Under the pieces are notes generated by a model, which was not told the origin of the DNA, ran no database searches, and was given only the letters and a program-made list of their open reading frames with translations. Positions 1-12,995 of a DNA stretch of 64,000 nucleotides are shown piece by piece (within the stretch, counting starts at the first letter, position 1; each line of letters starts with the position of its first letter). This DNA comes from an uncultured Flavobacteriales bacterium (GTDB lineage: Bacteria; Bacteroidota; Bacteroidia; Flavobacteriales_F; PHOS-HE28), in contig CALMPI010000009.1 in NCBI GenBank assembly GCA_937872175.1, positions 198,343 to 262,342 on the forward strand. Reading direction: 5' to 3'. The translations under genes and the position numbers were made by a program.

Positions 1-2079
<2,079 letters not shown>

Positions 2080-2149
2080 CGGGCGTCAAAGATACCGGGC
2101 CGGGCCTTCGGCCATCGGGCCTTTTGTCCACACCTGTGGGATCGGGGCC

Positions 2150-4321
2150 TCAGGGCAGCTGCTCCAGGCGCACGGCGGTAGGGGTCACCCCGCCGATGGT
2201 CACCAGTACCAGGTCGCGGTCATTGCGCGAACCGGTGTACTTCACCAGCCCGTCCAGGTTCACATCGGCCTGCAGGTAGCCGCTGCTCACGGCCGTGGGC
2301 GGCGTGCCACCGATGGACACGAGCACCGCATCGCGGTCGTTACCGGCACCCACGTAGCTCACCTTGCCATCAAGGGTGGCATTGCCGGTCCACAAGGTGC
2401 GCAGGAGGCCCCGCTCGCGGCGCGGATCGGTGCCGAAGCAGGCGGTGGTCGGGTCGCGCAGGTCGAGCGACAGGGTGGAGGTACCCAGATCGAGCGGGGC
2501 GGCCGACATGAGCGCCAGGTGGTTGCGATGCCTTACGGCGACATGGGCGAAGCGCGCCGGGGCCGTCATGATCAATGGCGACACCCCGTCCAGGGAGACC
2601 ACCTGGCCGTTCCGTTGCAGGAGGGCGGGAGTGCGGTCGAGCAGCACGGTGGGGTCGGCCGCGTCGCGCAGTTCGATCAGGATCCAGTCCACCACGGCCT
2701 CGGGACCACTGTTGCTGAGCGCGCCCGGCGTCAGGGTGGCACCCGGACCTGCGGTGGGGGTGAGGCCCAGGGCGGAATAGGGCTCCTCCTCGGGGATCAG
2801 GCCCTGCACCCGCAGTTCGTCGCGCATCCAGCCGAGCAGCGGTTCGAAGGGACCGTCGAGCAACAGGTCCACGTTCATCTCCAGTTCATGCGGCAGCACC
2901 GTGACGGGGATGCTCGCGCACACCGTGGTGTCCAGCGCATTGGCCACCTGCAGCTCGGCGATGAAGCTGCCGGGACCGGTGAAGGTGTGCTGCACGGATG
3001 CCCCGGTGGAAGCCGGCTGTCCATCGGACCAGGACCAGGTGAAGGTGGGCGTGCCGCCCAAGGGGTCCACGGCCTGCGCGGTGAAGGACACGGTGAGCTG
3101 GGGTCCCACGCCCAGGGTCAGATCGGCCTCAGCGCTCACGCATTGGGGGCCGGAGGAGGGGGTGTGGATGATCCGCTTCACCGCGCCGGTGAACGCGGGC
3201 AGGTCGTAGTAAGAGAGGTAGAAGAGGTCGCCTCCGGGGCCGGGCAGCAGCTGCGTGCAGAAGTTGGCCTGGGTGCCTCCGTAGAGGGTGGTGTCCATGA
3301 AGGTCCCTTCGGCCACCACCGCGCCCAAGGCGTCCAGCTGGGCCCACTTCACCCAACCGCGGATGAAGTCGCCGTAGAAATAACGTCCGTTCCAGATGCC
3401 GGGGTAGTTGTTTCCGCGGTAGGTGGCCCCACCGGTGACGGCCGCGCCGAGGCCCAGGTGCGGGTACGTGATCAAAGGGTCGGTGAAGGCCGGGTCATCA
3501 CAGCTGCCGTCCGGCAACCGTCCGAGCTCACCGCAGAAGGGCCATCCGAAGTTGGCACCGGGTGCGGCGAGATGCACGTCCTCCCAGGCCAGCGCGTGGT
3601 TGTTGGCGCCCACGGTGCCGATGAGGAAGCGGCCGGTCTCCGGGTCCAGATGGCCGCGAAAGGGGTTGCGAAGGCCGCTGCAGTAGATGGTCTTCAGCAC
3701 CCCGTTGGCGTTCAAGGGCCCTGGTGTGGCGTCGGCGAAGGGATTGTCCTCGGGCGCTGTGCCGTCCCATCGGAAGCGGTGAAGCTTGCCGAAGGCGCTG
3801 GCCATGTCCTGTGCGTTCGCCGGGGTGTAGTCATCGCCGACGGCCAGCAGGATCGTGGTGTCCGGAAGAAAGGCAAGAGCACCACCGGTGTGGCAGCAAC
3901 CCGAATAGACCGGGGTCTCCCAGATCACCGTTTCACTGGTCACCAGCGCGTTGCCTCCGAGGTGTTTGAAGGTGGACAGGCGGTTGCGTTGGCCGCCGGT
4001 CGAGCGGTACACGAACACCAGTGAATCCGTGGCGAAGAAGGGGCTGATCCAGAGGCCCACCAGGCCATGCTCGGCGCTGTTGTCCACGGGCGCCACCAGG
4101 TAGGTGGTCAGGCTCACCGGCGCCTGGTCCACCGGGGTGGTGGAGATGCGGATGAGGCCGTCCTTCTGGCCCACGAGCATGCGGCCATCGGGCAGGAAAG
4201 CGGCGGCGGTGGGGGCGTTGATGCCGCTGGCGATGGTGGTGACGGCGAAGCCGGGAGGCTGGGCGGTCGTGGCCAGGACGGTGAGGAGAAGCGGCGTAAG
4301 GAGCAGGTGTCGAAGGGGCAT
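2150..4321 (-). CDS. Secreted PQQ-dependent sugar dehydrogenase (soluble glucose/sorbosone dehydrogenase family) with an internal PKD-like domain and a C-terminal tandem dockerin-like repeat
   Basis: The signal peptide MPLRHLLLTPLLLTVLATTAQ at an internal Met (about 4321) was preferred to the track start at 4399. The GSDH beta-propeller motifs GLVGLWISPFF and GLRNPFRGHLDPETGR...GANFGWPFCGE are present. A PKD-like segment (TFTWSWSDGQ...) follows. The C-terminus carries two related ~30-aa repeats containing NxDGxV loops. Confidence 0.75.
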   Translation of the reverse strand: MPLRHLLLTPLLLTVLATTAQPPGFAVTTIASGINAPTAAAFLPDGRMLVGQKDGLIRISTTPVDQAPVSLTTYLVAPVDNSAEHGLVGLWISPFFATDSLVFVYRSTGGQRNRLSTFKHLGGNALVTSETVIWETPVYSGCCHTGGALAFLPDTTILLAVGDDYTPANAQDMASAFGKLHRFRWDGTAPEDNPFADATPGPLNANGVLKTIYCSGLRNPFRGHLDPETGRFLIGTVGANNHALAWEDVHLAAPGANFGWPFCGELGRLPDGSCDDPAFTDPLITYPHLGLGAAVTGGATYRGNNYPGIWNGRYFYGDFIRGWVKWAQLDALGAVVAEGTFMDTTLYGGTQANFCTQLLPGPGGDLFYLSYYDLPAFTGAVKRIIHTPSSGPQCVSAEADLTLGVGPQLTVSFTAQAVDPLGGTPTFTWSWSDGQPASTGASVQHTFTGPGSFIAELQVANALDTTVCASIPVTVLPHELEMNVDLLLDGPFEPLLGWMRDELRVQGLIPEEEPYSALGLTPTAGPGATLTPGALSNSGPEAVVDWILIELRDAADPTVLLDRTPALLQRNGQVVSLDGVSPLIMTAPARFAHVAVRHRNHLALMSAAPLDLGTSTLSLDLRDPTTACFGTDPRRERGLLRTLWTGNATLDGKVSYVGAGNDRDAVLVSIGGTPPTAVSSGYLQADVNLDGLVKYTGSRNDRDLVLVTIGGVTPTAVRLEQLP

Positions 4322-4400
4322 CGGGGCAGGCAGCGGAAGGGGGCGCAAAACTACGTTGCGGAGGAGGCGCGGCCGCCTGCACGGGACGATCATGAACATC

Positions 4401-4424
4401 GAACGGCGCCCATGGGCGCCGTTC
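4401..4424 (-). terminator. GC-rich hairpin (10-11 bp stem) about 25 nt downstream of the rplQ stop; candidate intrinsic terminator of the alpha operon
   Basis: Perfect inverted repeat gaacggcgccc/gggcgccgttc with a 2-4 nt loop. Only a weak U-tract follows on the transcribed strand. Confidence 0.4.
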
Positions 4425-4448
4425 GTGCATGATGCGGGGGCGAGCTGG

Positions 4449-4940
4449 TCACTCGGCCTTGCCCTCCTCGGTCGTGGGGCCCTCGGATGCTTTGCCTTCG
4501 GCCTTGGTGGCAGCGGCGGGACGCCGGCTGCGGCGGGTCTTCTTCACTTCGGCACCGGCGGGCTTCTCCTTGGTGTACACGGTGTTGAAGTCCACCAGTT
4601 CGATCATCGCCATCTCGCTGGCATCGCCGAGGCGGTTGCCGAGCTTGATGATGCGGGTGTAGCCGCCGGGACGTTCGGCCACCTTGGGCGCCACATCGCG
4701 GAACAGGGCGGCGGTGGCCTCCTTGTTCTGCAGGTAGGTGAACACCGTGCGGCGGTTGTGCATGCTGTCGTCCTTGCTGCGCGTGATCAGGGGCTCCACG
4801 TAGCGGCGCAGGGCACGGGCCTTGGCCAGCGTGGTGTTGATGCGCTTGTGGGCGATCAGCGAGCAGGCCAGATTGCTCAGCAGGGCGTCGCGGTGGGCCT
4901 TCTTGCGGCTCAGCGCGTTGTTCTTGTTGCCGTGTCTCAT
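4449..4940 (-). CDS. rplQ: 50S ribosomal protein L17, with a Lys/Ala/Glu-rich C-terminal extension
   Basis: [24 protein letters not shown]... is a diagnostic L17 N-terminus. It is the last gene of the alpha operon. Confidence 0.95.
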   Translation of the reverse strand: MRHGNKNNALSRKKAHRDALLSNLACSLIAHKRINTTLAKARALRRYVEPLITRSKDDSMHNRRTVFTYLQNKEATAALFRDVAPKVAERPGGYTRIIKLGNRLGDASEMAMIELVDFNTVYTKEKPAGAEVKKTRRSRRPAAATKAEGKASEGPTTEEGKAE

Positions 4941-4993
4941 GACTCTATTCTCTTGATCGTGCAGCAGCGGGCGGTGTTGCCACCGTCGCTACC

Positions 4994-5986
4994 TCACTCC
5001 TTGTCCAGTTTGTACTTGCTCACGTTCATGCCGAAGCTCAGGCCCTTGTTCTCCACCAGGTCCTCCAGTTCGGTGAGGCTCTTCTTGCCGAAGTTGCGGA
5101 ACTTCAACAGGTCGTTCTTGTTGTAGCTCACCAGGTCGCCGAGGGTCTCGATGTCGGCCGCCTTCAGGCAGTTGAGGGCGCGCACGCTCAGGTCCATGTC
5201 CACCAGCTTGGTCTTCAGAAGCTGGCGCATGTGAAGGCTGGTCTCGTCGAACTCCTCCTCCTGCACGCGCTCCTCGATCTCCAGGCTGATGCGCTCATCG
5301 CTGAAAAGCATGAAGTGGTGGATGAGGATCTTGGCGGCCTCCTGGAGGGCGTTCTTCGGGGTGATGGAACCGTCGGTGACCACCTCGATGGTGAGCTTCT
5401 CGTAGTCGGTCTTCTGCTCCACACGGGTGTTCTCCACGGTGTACTTCACGTTCTTGATGGGCGTGAAGACGCTGTCGATGAAGATGGTGCCCACGGGCGC
5501 GGTGCCGGTCTTGTTCTCGTCGGCGGGCACGTATCCGCGGCCCTTTCCGATGGTGAGCTCGATGGTGAGCTTCACGGAGGGCTCCATATGGCAGATCACA
5601 TGCTCGGGGTTGAGCACCTGGAATCCGGTGGTGTGCTTGCCGATGTCGCCCGCGGTGAAGGCCTCCTTGCCGGTGATGGTGAAGGACACCTTCTCGGTGC
5701 TGACGTCCTCCAGCTGGCGGCGGAAGCGCACCTGCTTGAGGTTGAGCACGATCTCGGTGACGTCCTCGATGACGCCCTTGACGGTGCTGAACTCGTGGTC
5801 CACACCGTCGATGCGGATGGCCGTGATGGCATGTCCTTCGAGACTGCTGAGCAGGATGCGGCGCAGGGCGTTGCCGATGGTGATGCCGTAGCCGGGCTCC
5901 AGGGGGCGGAACTCGAAGGAACCGCGCTGGTCGTCACTTTCGATCATCACGACCTTGTCTGGCCGCTGGAAATCAAGGATGGGCAT
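4994..5986 (-). CDS. rpoA: DNA-directed RNA polymerase alpha subunit
   Basis: [12 protein letters not shown]...[31 protein letters not shown] is an RpoA NTD signature. An internal Met at about 5986 was chosen over the 375-aa track ORF because the upstream extension is Arg/Pro-rich. Confidence 0.93.
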   Translation of the reverse strand: MPILDFQRPDKVVMIESDDQRGSFEFRPLEPGYGITIGNALRRILLSSLEGHAITAIRIDGVDHEFSTVKGVIEDVTEIVLNLKQVRFRRQLEDVSTEKVSFTITGKEAFTAGDIGKHTTGFQVLNPEHVICHMEPSVKLTIELTIGKGRGYVPADENKTGTAPVGTIFIDSVFTPIKNVKYTVENTRVEQKTDYEKLTIEVVTDGSITPKNALQEAAKILIHHFMLFSDERISLEIEERVQEEEFDETSLHMRQLLKTKLVDMDLSVRALNCLKAADIETLGDLVSYNKNDLLKFRNFGKKSLTELEDLVENKGLSFGMNVSKYKLDKE

Positions 5987-6015
5987 GGTGTGTCCGTTCG
6001 GTTTGGGGGAGGTTC

Positions 6016-6621
6016 TTACTTGGAGTACAGTTCCACGATGAGCTGTTCGCGGATGTTCTCCGGGATCTGGGCGCGCTCGGGCATCGCGATGAGCTTGCCG
6101 GAGAGGGTGGAGGGGTTCCACTCGAGCCAGTCGAAGCGCTTGTGCGCGGAGGACACGCTGTTGGTGATGGCCTCCAGGCTCCTGCTCTTCTCGCGCACGG
6201 CCACGCTCTGGCCGGGGCGCAGGGAATAGCTGGGCACGTTCACCACCTGTTGGTCAACCGTGATGTGGCCGTGGCTCACCAGCTGGCGGGCGGCGCGGCG
6301 GGTGGGGGCGATGCCCAGGCGGTACACGGTGTTGTCGAGACGGGCCTCGCAGAGCTGCAGCAGGGTCTCACCCGTGATGCCCTTCTTGCTCGCGGCCACC
6401 CCGAACATCTTCTGGAACTGGCGCTCCAGGATGCCGTAGGTGTACTTCGCCTTCTGCTTCTCGGCGAGCTGGAGGGCGTACTCGCTCTCTTTCTTGCGGC
6501 GCTTGGTCGGTCCGTGCTGCCCTGGGCTGTACGGCTTGCGCTCCATCCACTTGTCCTCACCGTAGATGGGTTCCTTGAACTTGCGCGCGATCTTGGTCTG
6601 TGGTCCGGTGTAACGTGCCAT
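6016..6621 (-). CDS. rpsD: 30S ribosomal protein S4
   Basis: [15 protein letters not shown]... with the S4 domain LDNTVYRLG. Confidence 0.95.
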   Translation of the reverse strand: MARYTGPQTKIARKFKEPIYGEDKWMERKPYSPGQHGPTKRRKKESEYALQLAEKQKAKYTYGILERQFQKMFGVAASKKGITGETLLQLCEARLDNTVYRLGIAPTRRAARQLVSHGHITVDQQVVNVPSYSLRPGQSVAVREKSRSLEAITNSVSSAHKRFDWLEWNPSTLSGKLIAMPERAQIPENIREQLIVELYSK

Positions 6622-6705
6622 CTTTCTTTGTTTTGGGTGCGGCCTTGGTTTTCCCGCACCAACACCGGGGCGCCCGTCCGCGCCCCTACAGGTTGTGGTT
6701 ATCGA

Positions 6706-7113
6706 TCAAACACGGCGTTTCTTGGGTGGACGGCAGCCGTTGTGGGGCATGGGGGTGATGTCCACGATCTCGGTGACCTCCACACCGCTGTTGTGCAGAG
6801 CGCGGATGGCGCTTTCGCGTCCGCCGCCCGGTCCCTTGACGAACACCTTCACCTTCCGCAGGCCCAGTTCGAAGGCTTCGCGAGCGGCCTCCTCGGCGCT
6901 CACCTGGCCGGCGTAGGGGGTGTTCTTCTTGCTGCCGCGGAAGCCCTGTTTGCCGGCGCTCGACCAGCTGATCACCTCGCCCTTGTTGTTGGTGAGGCTC
7001 ACGATGATGTTGTTGAACGTGGCGTGGATGTGGGCCTGTCCGAAGGCCTCCACATGCACGTTCTTCTTCTTCTTCTTGCCGGCGGCGGCGCCTTTGTCCT
7101 GCTGCTTTGCCAT
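6706..7113 (-). CDS. rpsK: 30S ribosomal protein S11
   Basis: [36 protein letters not shown] is an S11 signature. Confidence 0.95.
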   Translation of the reverse strand: MAKQQDKGAAAGKKKKKNVHVEAFGQAHIHATFNNIIVSLTNNKGEVISWSSAGKQGFRGSKKNTPYAGQVSAEEAAREAFELGLRKVKVFVKGPGGGRESAIRALHNSGVEVTEIVDITPMPHNGCRPPKKRRV

Positions 7114-7179
7114 TGTCGTGTTCGATTGGTCGGGGTACTGACCCTTGTCGCCCAGGTCGGGCGAGGCATGCCTCGCCCC

Positions 7180-7557
7180 TTACTTGGTCGCTTTCTTCTT
7201 GTTGGCCACGGTCTTGCGCTTGCCCTTGCGGGTGCGGCTGTTGGTGCGGGTGCGCTGGCCGCGCACGGGCAGGCCGCTGCGGTGGCGCAGGCCTCTGTAG
7301 CTGCCGATGTCCATCAGGCGCTTGATGCTGAGCTGCACCTCACTGCGCAGGGCACCCTCCACCTTGATGTTGTCGTTGATGAACTGGCGGATGCGCGACT
7401 GCTCATCGTCGCTCCATTCCTCCACCTGCTTGTCGGGGTCGACCTCCGCGTTGCGGAGGATCTCCAGCGCGCGGCTGCGCCCGATGCCGTAGATGTAGGT
7501 GAGCCCGATGGCCCCGCGTTTGTGCTTGGGTAGGTCGATGCCTGCGATACGTGCCAT
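7180..7557 (-). CDS. rpsM: 30S ribosomal protein S13
   Basis: [34 protein letters not shown]. Confidence 0.95.
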   Translation of the reverse strand: MARIAGIDLPKHKRGAIGLTYIYGIGRSRALEILRNAEVDPDKQVEEWSDDEQSRIRQFINDNIKVEGALRSEVQLSIKRLMDIGSYRGLRHRSGLPVRGQRTRTNSRTRKGKRKTVANKKKATK

Positions 7558-7570
7558 GGTGGTGCGGTTA

Positions 7571-7687
7571 TCAGCCCTGACGCTGCTTGAACTTCGGGTT
7601 CTTCTTGTTGATCACATAGAGGCGCCCCTTGCGGCGGACGATCTTGCAGTCCGCCGAGCGCTTCTTAAGGGAGGTCCTGACCTTCAT
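7571..7687 (-). CDS. rpmJ: 50S ribosomal protein L36 (38 aa; not in the ORF track)
   Basis: Reverse-strand translation gives [38 protein letters not shown], the canonical L36 sequence lying between infA and rpsM. Confidence 0.85.
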   Translation of the reverse strand: MKVRTSLKKRSADCKIVRRKGRLYVINKKNPKFKQRQG

Positions 7688-7698
7688 CGGATGGGTGC

Positions 7699-7920
7699 TT
7701 AGCTCTTGTAACGGAAGGTGATCCGGCCTTTGCTGAGGTCGTAGGGGCTCATCTCCACCTTGACCTTGTCGCCGGGGAGGATCCGGATGTAGTGCATGCG
7801 CATCTTGCCGCTGATGTGGGCCGTGATCACGTGGCCGTTCTCCAGCTCCACGCGGAACATGGCATTGCTCAGCGCCTCCTTGATGACGCCATCCTGCTCG
7901 ATGTTCCCCGTCTTGCTCAT
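7699..7920 (-). CDS. infA: Translation initiation factor IF-1
   Basis: 73 aa with the S1-like fold; [31 protein letters not shown]. Confidence 0.95.
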   Translation of the reverse strand: MSKTGNIEQDGVIKEALSNAMFRVELENGHVITAHISGKMRMHYIRILPGDKVKVEMSPYDLSKGRITFRYKS

Positions 7921-7977
7921 GCCTTCGTCCGTTCTTCCGTTCCCTGTACTCGTTGTCGTTCGTTCGTTCTCCTGTTC

Positions 7978-8805
7978 TTATCCGTTCACCTTCGCCTCCA
8001 CCAGCTTCACGAATGCGTCTCCCTTGGCCTCCAGCACCGCTTCGATGGCGCTGAAACTTGAGAGGACCTCCGCCTGCCCGGGCCTCACGGCCACGGTGTG
8101 CTCGAAGTGGGCGCTGGGCCGTCCGTCCTGTGTGACGATCGTCCAGCCATCATCCAACTGGTGCACCTCCTTGGTGCCCATGTTGATCATCGGTTCGATG
8201 GCGATCACCATGCCGGCGCGCAACTGCACGCCATGGCCGCGGCGCCCATAGTTCGGTACTTCCGGGGCTTCGTGCAGCTTCTCGCCCACCCCATGTCCCA
8301 CCAGCTCGCGCACCACGCCATACCCGTTGGTCTCCGCGTGATGCTGGACGGCGTACCCGAGGTCGCCCGTGCGGCGGCCGTCCACCGCCTGGGCGATGCC
8401 CAGTTGCAGGCATTCCTGGGTGACGCGCAACAGCCGCATCGCGGCAGGGTCCACCTCGCCGATGGCGAAGGTGTAGGCGCTGTCGCCGTAGAAGCCGTTC
8501 ATCAGCACGCCGCAGTCCACGCTGGCGAGGTCGCCCTCGCGCAGCACGCGGTCGCCCGGCAATCCGTGCACCACTTCCTGGTTCACGCTGATGAGCAGCG
8601 TGCTGGGGCAGCCGTACAGGCCCTTGAAGCCGGGCACGGCGCCGTGGTCGCGGATGAATGTCTCCGCCAGCCGGTCCAGATCGCCGGTGCGGACCCCCGG
8701 TCCGATGTTCCTGGCCACTTCGGCCAAGGTCCTCCCAACAAGCAAAGAACTCTCCCTTACCAGTGCGATCTCGGCATCGCTTCGCAGGTTCACGGTCTTC
8801 GCCAT
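7978..8805 (-). CDS. map: Type I methionine aminopeptidase
   Basis: 275 aa. Metal-ligand motifs are visible ([32 protein letters not shown]). Confidence 0.93.
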   Translation of the reverse strand: MAKTVNLRSDAEIALVRESSLLVGRTLAEVARNIGPGVRTGDLDRLAETFIRDHGAVPGFKGLYGCPSTLLISVNQEVVHGLPGDRVLREGDLASVDCGVLMNGFYGDSAYTFAIGEVDPAAMRLLRVTQECLQLGIAQAVDGRRTGDLGYAVQHHAETNGYGVVRELVGHGVGEKLHEAPEVPNYGRRGHGVQLRAGMVIAIEPMINMGTKEVHQLDDGWTIVTQDGRPSAHFEHTVAVRPGQAEVLSSFSAIEAVLEAKGDAFVKLVEAKVNG

Positions 8806-8808
8806 GAC

Positions 8809-10131
8809 CTACCCCGCCATGCCATAGGCCGCGTTCGTCCGTCCCTTGATCCGACCTGTTTTCATCAGGCCGTCGTAGTGTCTCATCAACAGGTGGCTTT
8901 CGATCTGCTGGAGGGTGTCCAGGAGCACGCCCACCATGATCAGCAGTGAGGTTCCACCGAAGAACTGCGCGAAGCCCTGCTTCACGCCGGCCATCTGCGC
9001 GAAGGCGGGCAGGATGGCCACCAGGCCCAGGAAGATGGCTCCGGGCAGGGTGATGCGGCTGAGCAGTTCGTCGATGTGGTCAGCGGTCTGCTTGCCGGGC
9101 TTCACCCCGGGGATGAAGCCGCCGTTGCGCTTCATGTCATCGGCGAGCTGCACGGGGTTCACGGTGATGGCGGTGTAGAAGTAGGTGAAGATCACCACCA
9201 TGAACATGAGCATCAGATTGTAGAAGAGGCCCTGGGCGTTGGCGATGGAGATGAGCCATTGGGGGGGCTCCTCGAAGGCCTGTGCCACGTACATCGGGAT
9301 CAGCACGATGGCCTGGGCGAAGATGATCGGCATCACCCCCGCCGCGTTCACCTTGAGGGGGATGTAGTTGCGCACACCTCCGTACTGCTTGTTGCCCTGC
9401 ACGCGCTTGGCGAACTGCACGGGGATCCGCCGGGTGCCCTGCACGAGCAGGATGCAGCCGGCGATGATGAGCACCCAGATGACCACCTCCACCAGGAGCA
9501 GGACGAGACCACCGCCCCCGGGGCCCATGCGGCCCACCACCTCCTGGGCGAAGCTCTGCGGGAACTCGGCCAGGATGCCGATCATGATGATCAACGAGAT
9601 GCCGTTGCCCAGACCGCGCTCGGTGATCCGCTCACCGAGCCACATCACGAAGAGGGTGCTGCAGGTCAGGATCACGATGCTGGTGAAGAGCCAGAACTGG
9701 CTGTCGGGCCGGGCGTCGGCATCGATGGTGGCGTAGATGTAGCCGGGTGCCTGGAAGATGCAGATGAGGATGGTGAGGTAGCGGGTGTACTGGTTGAGCC
9801 TGCGACGTCCGCTCTCCTCGCGCTGCATCTTCTGCACGGCGGGCACGGCGATGCCCATGAGCTGCATGATGATGCTGGCGCTGATGTAGGGCATGATGCC
9901 CAGGGCGAAGATGCTGGCCCGTGTGAAGGCGCCACCGGTGAAGATCGAGAGGATCTCCACGATGCCACCGCCTCCGGTGGAGGCCGAGGCCATCTTCAGG
10001 CTGTCCACGCCGGGCAACACGATGTAGCTGCCGATGCGGTAGACCAACAGCAGACCCAGGGTGATGAGGATGCGCGTGCGCAGTTCCTCGATCCGCCAGA
10101 TGTTCTTGATCGTGTCGACCAGGTTCTTCAT
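8809..10131 (-). CDS. secY: Preprotein translocase subunit SecY
   Basis: 440-aa polytopic membrane protein. It has a characteristic SecY N-terminus (ELRTRILITLGLLLVYRIGSYIVLPGV) and sits between rplO and map. Confidence 0.95.
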   Translation of the reverse strand: MKNLVDTIKNIWRIEELRTRILITLGLLLVYRIGSYIVLPGVDSLKMASASTGGGGIVEILSIFTGGAFTRASIFALGIMPYISASIIMQLMGIAVPAVQKMQREESGRRRLNQYTRYLTILICIFQAPGYIYATIDADARPDSQFWLFTSIVILTCSTLFVMWLGERITERGLGNGISLIIMIGILAEFPQSFAQEVVGRMGPGGGGLVLLLVEVVIWVLIIAGCILLVQGTRRIPVQFAKRVQGNKQYGGVRNYIPLKVNAAGVMPIIFAQAIVLIPMYVAQAFEEPPQWLISIANAQGLFYNLMLMFMVVIFTYFYTAITVNPVQLADDMKRNGGFIPGVKPGKQTADHIDELLSRITLPGAIFLGLVAILPAFAQMAGVKQGFAQFFGGTSLLIMVGVLLDTLQQIESHLLMRHYDGLMKTGRIKGRTNAAYGMAG

Positions 10132-10134
10132 CGC

Positions 10135-10602
10135 TTATGCCTGCTTCTCCTTCCGCTCGATGATGGTGGCCTTGCCGCCGAGGGCCTCGATGGCGGCGCG
10201 CGCACTGGCGCTGAACGCGTGCGCGGTGACGTCCAGGGCGCCCTTGAGCGCACCGCGGCCGAGCACCTTCAGCTTGTCGTTCTTGGCGATGAGGCCGTTG
10301 GTGTAAAGCACCGTGGGGTCAACGACCTTCAGGCCCTGGGTCTCCACCAGCATCTGCAGGGCGTCCAGATTGATGCCCTTGTACTCCACGCGGGTGGGGT
10401 TGGTGAATCCGAACTTGGGCACACGGCGCACGAGGGGCATCTGGCCGCCCTCGAACCCGCGCTTGCGGCTGTAGCCGGCGCGGCTCTGTGCGCCCTTGTG
10501 GCCCTTGGTGGAGGTGCCGCCCCGCTTGCTGCCTTCGCCGCGGCCGATGCGCTTCTCCTTCTTGGTGGCCCCTTTGGCGGGCTTCAATTGACTGAGGTCC
10601 AT
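10135..10602 (-). CDS. rplO: 50S ribosomal protein L15
   Basis: An internal Met (MDLSQLKPAKGATKKEKRIGRGEGS...) was chosen. The upstream part of the track ORF is Arg/Pro/Gly-rich and overlaps rpmD. Confidence 0.9.
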   Translation of the reverse strand: MDLSQLKPAKGATKKEKRIGRGEGSKRGGTSTKGHKGAQSRAGYSRKRGFEGGQMPLVRRVPKFGFTNPTRVEYKGINLDALQMLVETQGLKVVDPTVLYTNGLIAKNDKLKVLGRGALKGALDVTAHAFSASARAAIEALGGKATIIERKEKQA

Positions 10603-10625
10603 GGTGTCTCTCGGGTTCGTTCGGT

Positions 10626-10808
10626 TCAGGCCTTTTCCTCGACCGTCACCAGATGGTTCACTTTCGCCACCATGCCGCGGATCTGCGGGGTGGCCTCCAG
10701 TTCGGCGCGCTTGCCGATGCGGCCCAGGCCGAGGGCCTTGAGGGTGGCCTTCTGCCGGGCGGGGCACTTGATCTGGCTGCCGGTCTGGATGATGATGATC
10801 TTGCTCAT
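10626..10808 (-). CDS. rpmD: 50S ribosomal protein L30
   Basis: 60 aa, MSKIIIIQTGSQIKCPARQKATLKALGLGRIG. Confidence 0.9.
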   Translation of the reverse strand: MSKIIIIQTGSQIKCPARQKATLKALGLGRIGKRAELEATPQIRGMVAKVNHLVTVEEKA

Positions 10809-10829
10809 GGGGGTCGCCCGGGGCGTTCG

Positions 10830-11348
10830 TTATCCGTTGAACACTTTCTCGACCTTCACCCCGCGCATCTGCGCCACGGTGTTGGCATCGCGCATGTCGG
10901 TGAGGGCCTTGATGGTGGCCTTCACCACGTTGTGGGGGTTGCTGGAGCCCTTGCTCTTGGCCAGCACGTCCGTGATGCCCACGCTCTCCAGCACGGCGCG
11001 CATGGCACCCCCGGCGATCACGCCGGTACCATGGGCGGCAGGCTTCAGGAGCACCTCGGCGCCGGCGAACTTGCCCTCCTGGGAGTGGGGGATGGTGCCT
11101 TTTCGCACGGGCACCTTCACGAGGTTCTTCTTGGCGTCGTCGATGCCCTTGGCGATGGCCTCCTGCACCTCCTTGGCCTTGCCCAGGCCGTGGCCCACCA
11201 CACCGTTCTCGTTGCCCACCACGACGATGGCGGCGAAGGTGAAGGTGCGGCCACCCTTGGTCACCTTGGTCACGCGGTTCAGCGCCACGAGCCGGTCCTT
11301 CAGCTCCAGGTCGCTGCTGCGCACTTTCTTGACGTTAGCTCCTTCCAT
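10830..11348 (-). CDS. rpsE: 30S ribosomal protein S5
   Basis: [37 protein letters not shown]. Confidence 0.95.
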   Translation of the reverse strand: MEGANVKKVRSSDLELKDRLVALNRVTKVTKGGRTFTFAAIVVVGNENGVVGHGLGKAKEVQEAIAKGIDDAKKNLVKVPVRKGTIPHSQEGKFAGAEVLLKPAAHGTGVIAGGAMRAVLESVGITDVLAKSKGSSNPHNVVKATIKALTDMRDANTVAQMRGVKVEKVFNG

Positions 11349-11354
11349 CGGTGA

Positions 11355-11708
11355 TCAGAATTGGAGACCGGCCTCGCGGGCGGCTTCGGCCAGGGCTTTC
11401 ACCCGGCCATGGTACACGTAACCGTTGCGGTCGAAGACGACCTCGGAGATGCCGGCGGCCTTGGCCTTCTCGGCGATGGCCATGCCCACCATGCGGGCCT
11501 GTTCCACACCGGCGGCGCCGTGGGCCTTCTTGTCCTTGAGCGAAGAGGCGCTGACCAGGGTGCGGCCCGCCTCGTCGCTGATGATCTGTGCGTAGATGTC
11601 CACATTGCTGCGGAACACCGAGAGACGGGGGCGCGCGTCGGTGCCTCGCACCTTGCGGCGCACGCGTTCGCGGATGTGGGCCCTGCGTTCGTTGCGTTGG
11701 TATGCCAT
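11355..11708 (-). CDS. rplR: 50S ribosomal protein L18
   Basis: [31 protein letters not shown]. Confidence 0.95.
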   Translation of the reverse strand: MAYQRNERRAHIRERVRRKVRGTDARPRLSVFRSNVDIYAQIISDEAGRTLVSASSLKDKKAHGAAGVEQARMVGMAIAEKAKAAGISEVVFDRNGYVYHGRVKALAEAAREAGLQF

Positions 11709-11716
11709 GGCTCTGC

Positions 11717-12271
11717 TTATTTGCCTGCGGCTTTACCGGCCTTGCGGCGGACCTCCTCGCCCACGAAACGCACACCCTTGCCCTTGTAGGGTTCCGGCTT
11801 GCGCAGTGAGCGGATCTTGGCGGCCACCTGGCCGATGAGCTGTTTGTCCGCGCTCTCCAGGCGGATGATGGGGTTCTTGCCCTTCTCCTGTGCGGCGCTC
11901 ACCTTCACCTCGGCGGGCAGTTCAAAGGTCACCTGGTGGCTGAAGCCCAGCGCGAGCTGGAGCTGCTGCCCCTTGGCGGTGGCGCGGTAGCCCACGCCCA
12001 CCAGTTCCTGTTCGATCACGTAGCCCTCGCTCACGCCCTTCACCATGTTGGCGATGAGCGCACGGTAAAGGCCGTGCTTGGCGCGGTGGGGTTTGGCGTC
12101 GCTGGGACGGGCCACGGTCACCGTGCCGTTGTCGTTCTTCACGGCGATGGCCGGGTCGACCACCTGCTCGAGGGTGCCCTTGGGACCCTTGACGATGATC
12201 TTGTTCTTGTCGCTGATGCTGATCTCCACCCCCTTGGGCAGGCTGATCGGCGCTTTTCCGATGCGTGACAT
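11717..12271 (-). CDS. rplF: 50S ribosomal protein L6
   Basis: [34 protein letters not shown]. Confidence 0.95.
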   Translation of the reverse strand: MSRIGKAPISLPKGVEISISDKNKIIVKGPKGTLEQVVDPAIAVKNDNGTVTVARPSDAKPHRAKHGLYRALIANMVKGVSEGYVIEQELVGVGYRATAKGQQLQLALGFSHQVTFELPAEVKVSAAQEKGKNPIIRLESADKQLIGQVAAKIRSLRKPEPYKGKGVRFVGEEVRRKAGKAAGK

Positions 12272-12285
12272 GGCTTCTCGTGGGA

Positions 12286-12684
12286 TTAGCTCACGGTGCA
12301 GATCACCTCACCACCCACGCCGAGGCTGCGGGCCTCCTTGTCGGTGACGACACCCTTGCTGGTGCTGATGATGGCCACGCCGAGGCCGTTCATCACGCGG
12401 GGGAGCTCCTCCACGTGGGCGTACTGGCGCAGACCGGGGCTGCTGACACGGCGGAGCTCCTGGATGGCGTTCTGCCGCGTCTGCGGGTTGTACTTGAGGG
12501 CGATCTTGATGATGCCCTGCTTGCCGTCGTCCTCCAGCTTGTAGGACAGGATGTAGCCCTTGTCGTAGAGGATGCGCGTGATGTCCTTCTTGAGGCCGGA
12601 CGCGGGCACCTCCACCACTTTCTTGCGCGCCAGGATGGCGTTGCGCAGACGGGTCAGGTAATCGGCGATGGGATCGGTGGTCAT
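12286..12684 (-). CDS. rpsH: 30S ribosomal protein S8
   Basis: [35 protein letters not shown]. Confidence 0.95.
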   Translation of the reverse strand: MTTDPIADYLTRLRNAILARKKVVEVPASGLKKDITRILYDKGYILSYKLEDDGKQGIIKIALKYNPQTRQNAIQELRRVSSPGLRQYAHVEELPRVMNGLGVAIISTSKGVVTDKEARSLGVGGEVICTVS

Positions 12685-12703
12685 GGTCGATCGATGCGTT
12701 GAC

Positions 12704-12973
12704 TTACCAGCTGGACTTGGTGACGCCGGGGATCTTGCCCTCCAGGGCCATCATGCGCAGCATGTAGCGCGAGATGCCGAAGAGGCGCACATAGCCCTTG
12801 GGGCGGCCGGTGATCTGGCAGCGGTTGTGCATGCGCACGTAGCTGGAGTTGGCGGGCAGCTGCTGGAGCTTGTCCCAATCGCCGGCGGCCTTGAGGGCGG
12901 CGCGCTTGGCGGCGTACTTCTCCACCATGCGCTTGCGCTTGCGCTCGCGGGCCTTCATGCTTTCCTTGGCCAT
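12704..12973 (-). CDS. rpsN: 30S ribosomal protein S14
   Basis: 89 aa; [19 protein letters not shown] is an S14 signature. Confidence 0.93.
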   Translation of the reverse strand: MAKESMKARERKRKRMVEKYAAKRAALKAAGDWDKLQQLPANSSYVRMHNRCQITGRPKGYVRLFGISRYMLRMMALEGKIPGVTKSSW

Positions 12974-12995
12974 GGTCTGGTCGGTGTCTGGTCGG

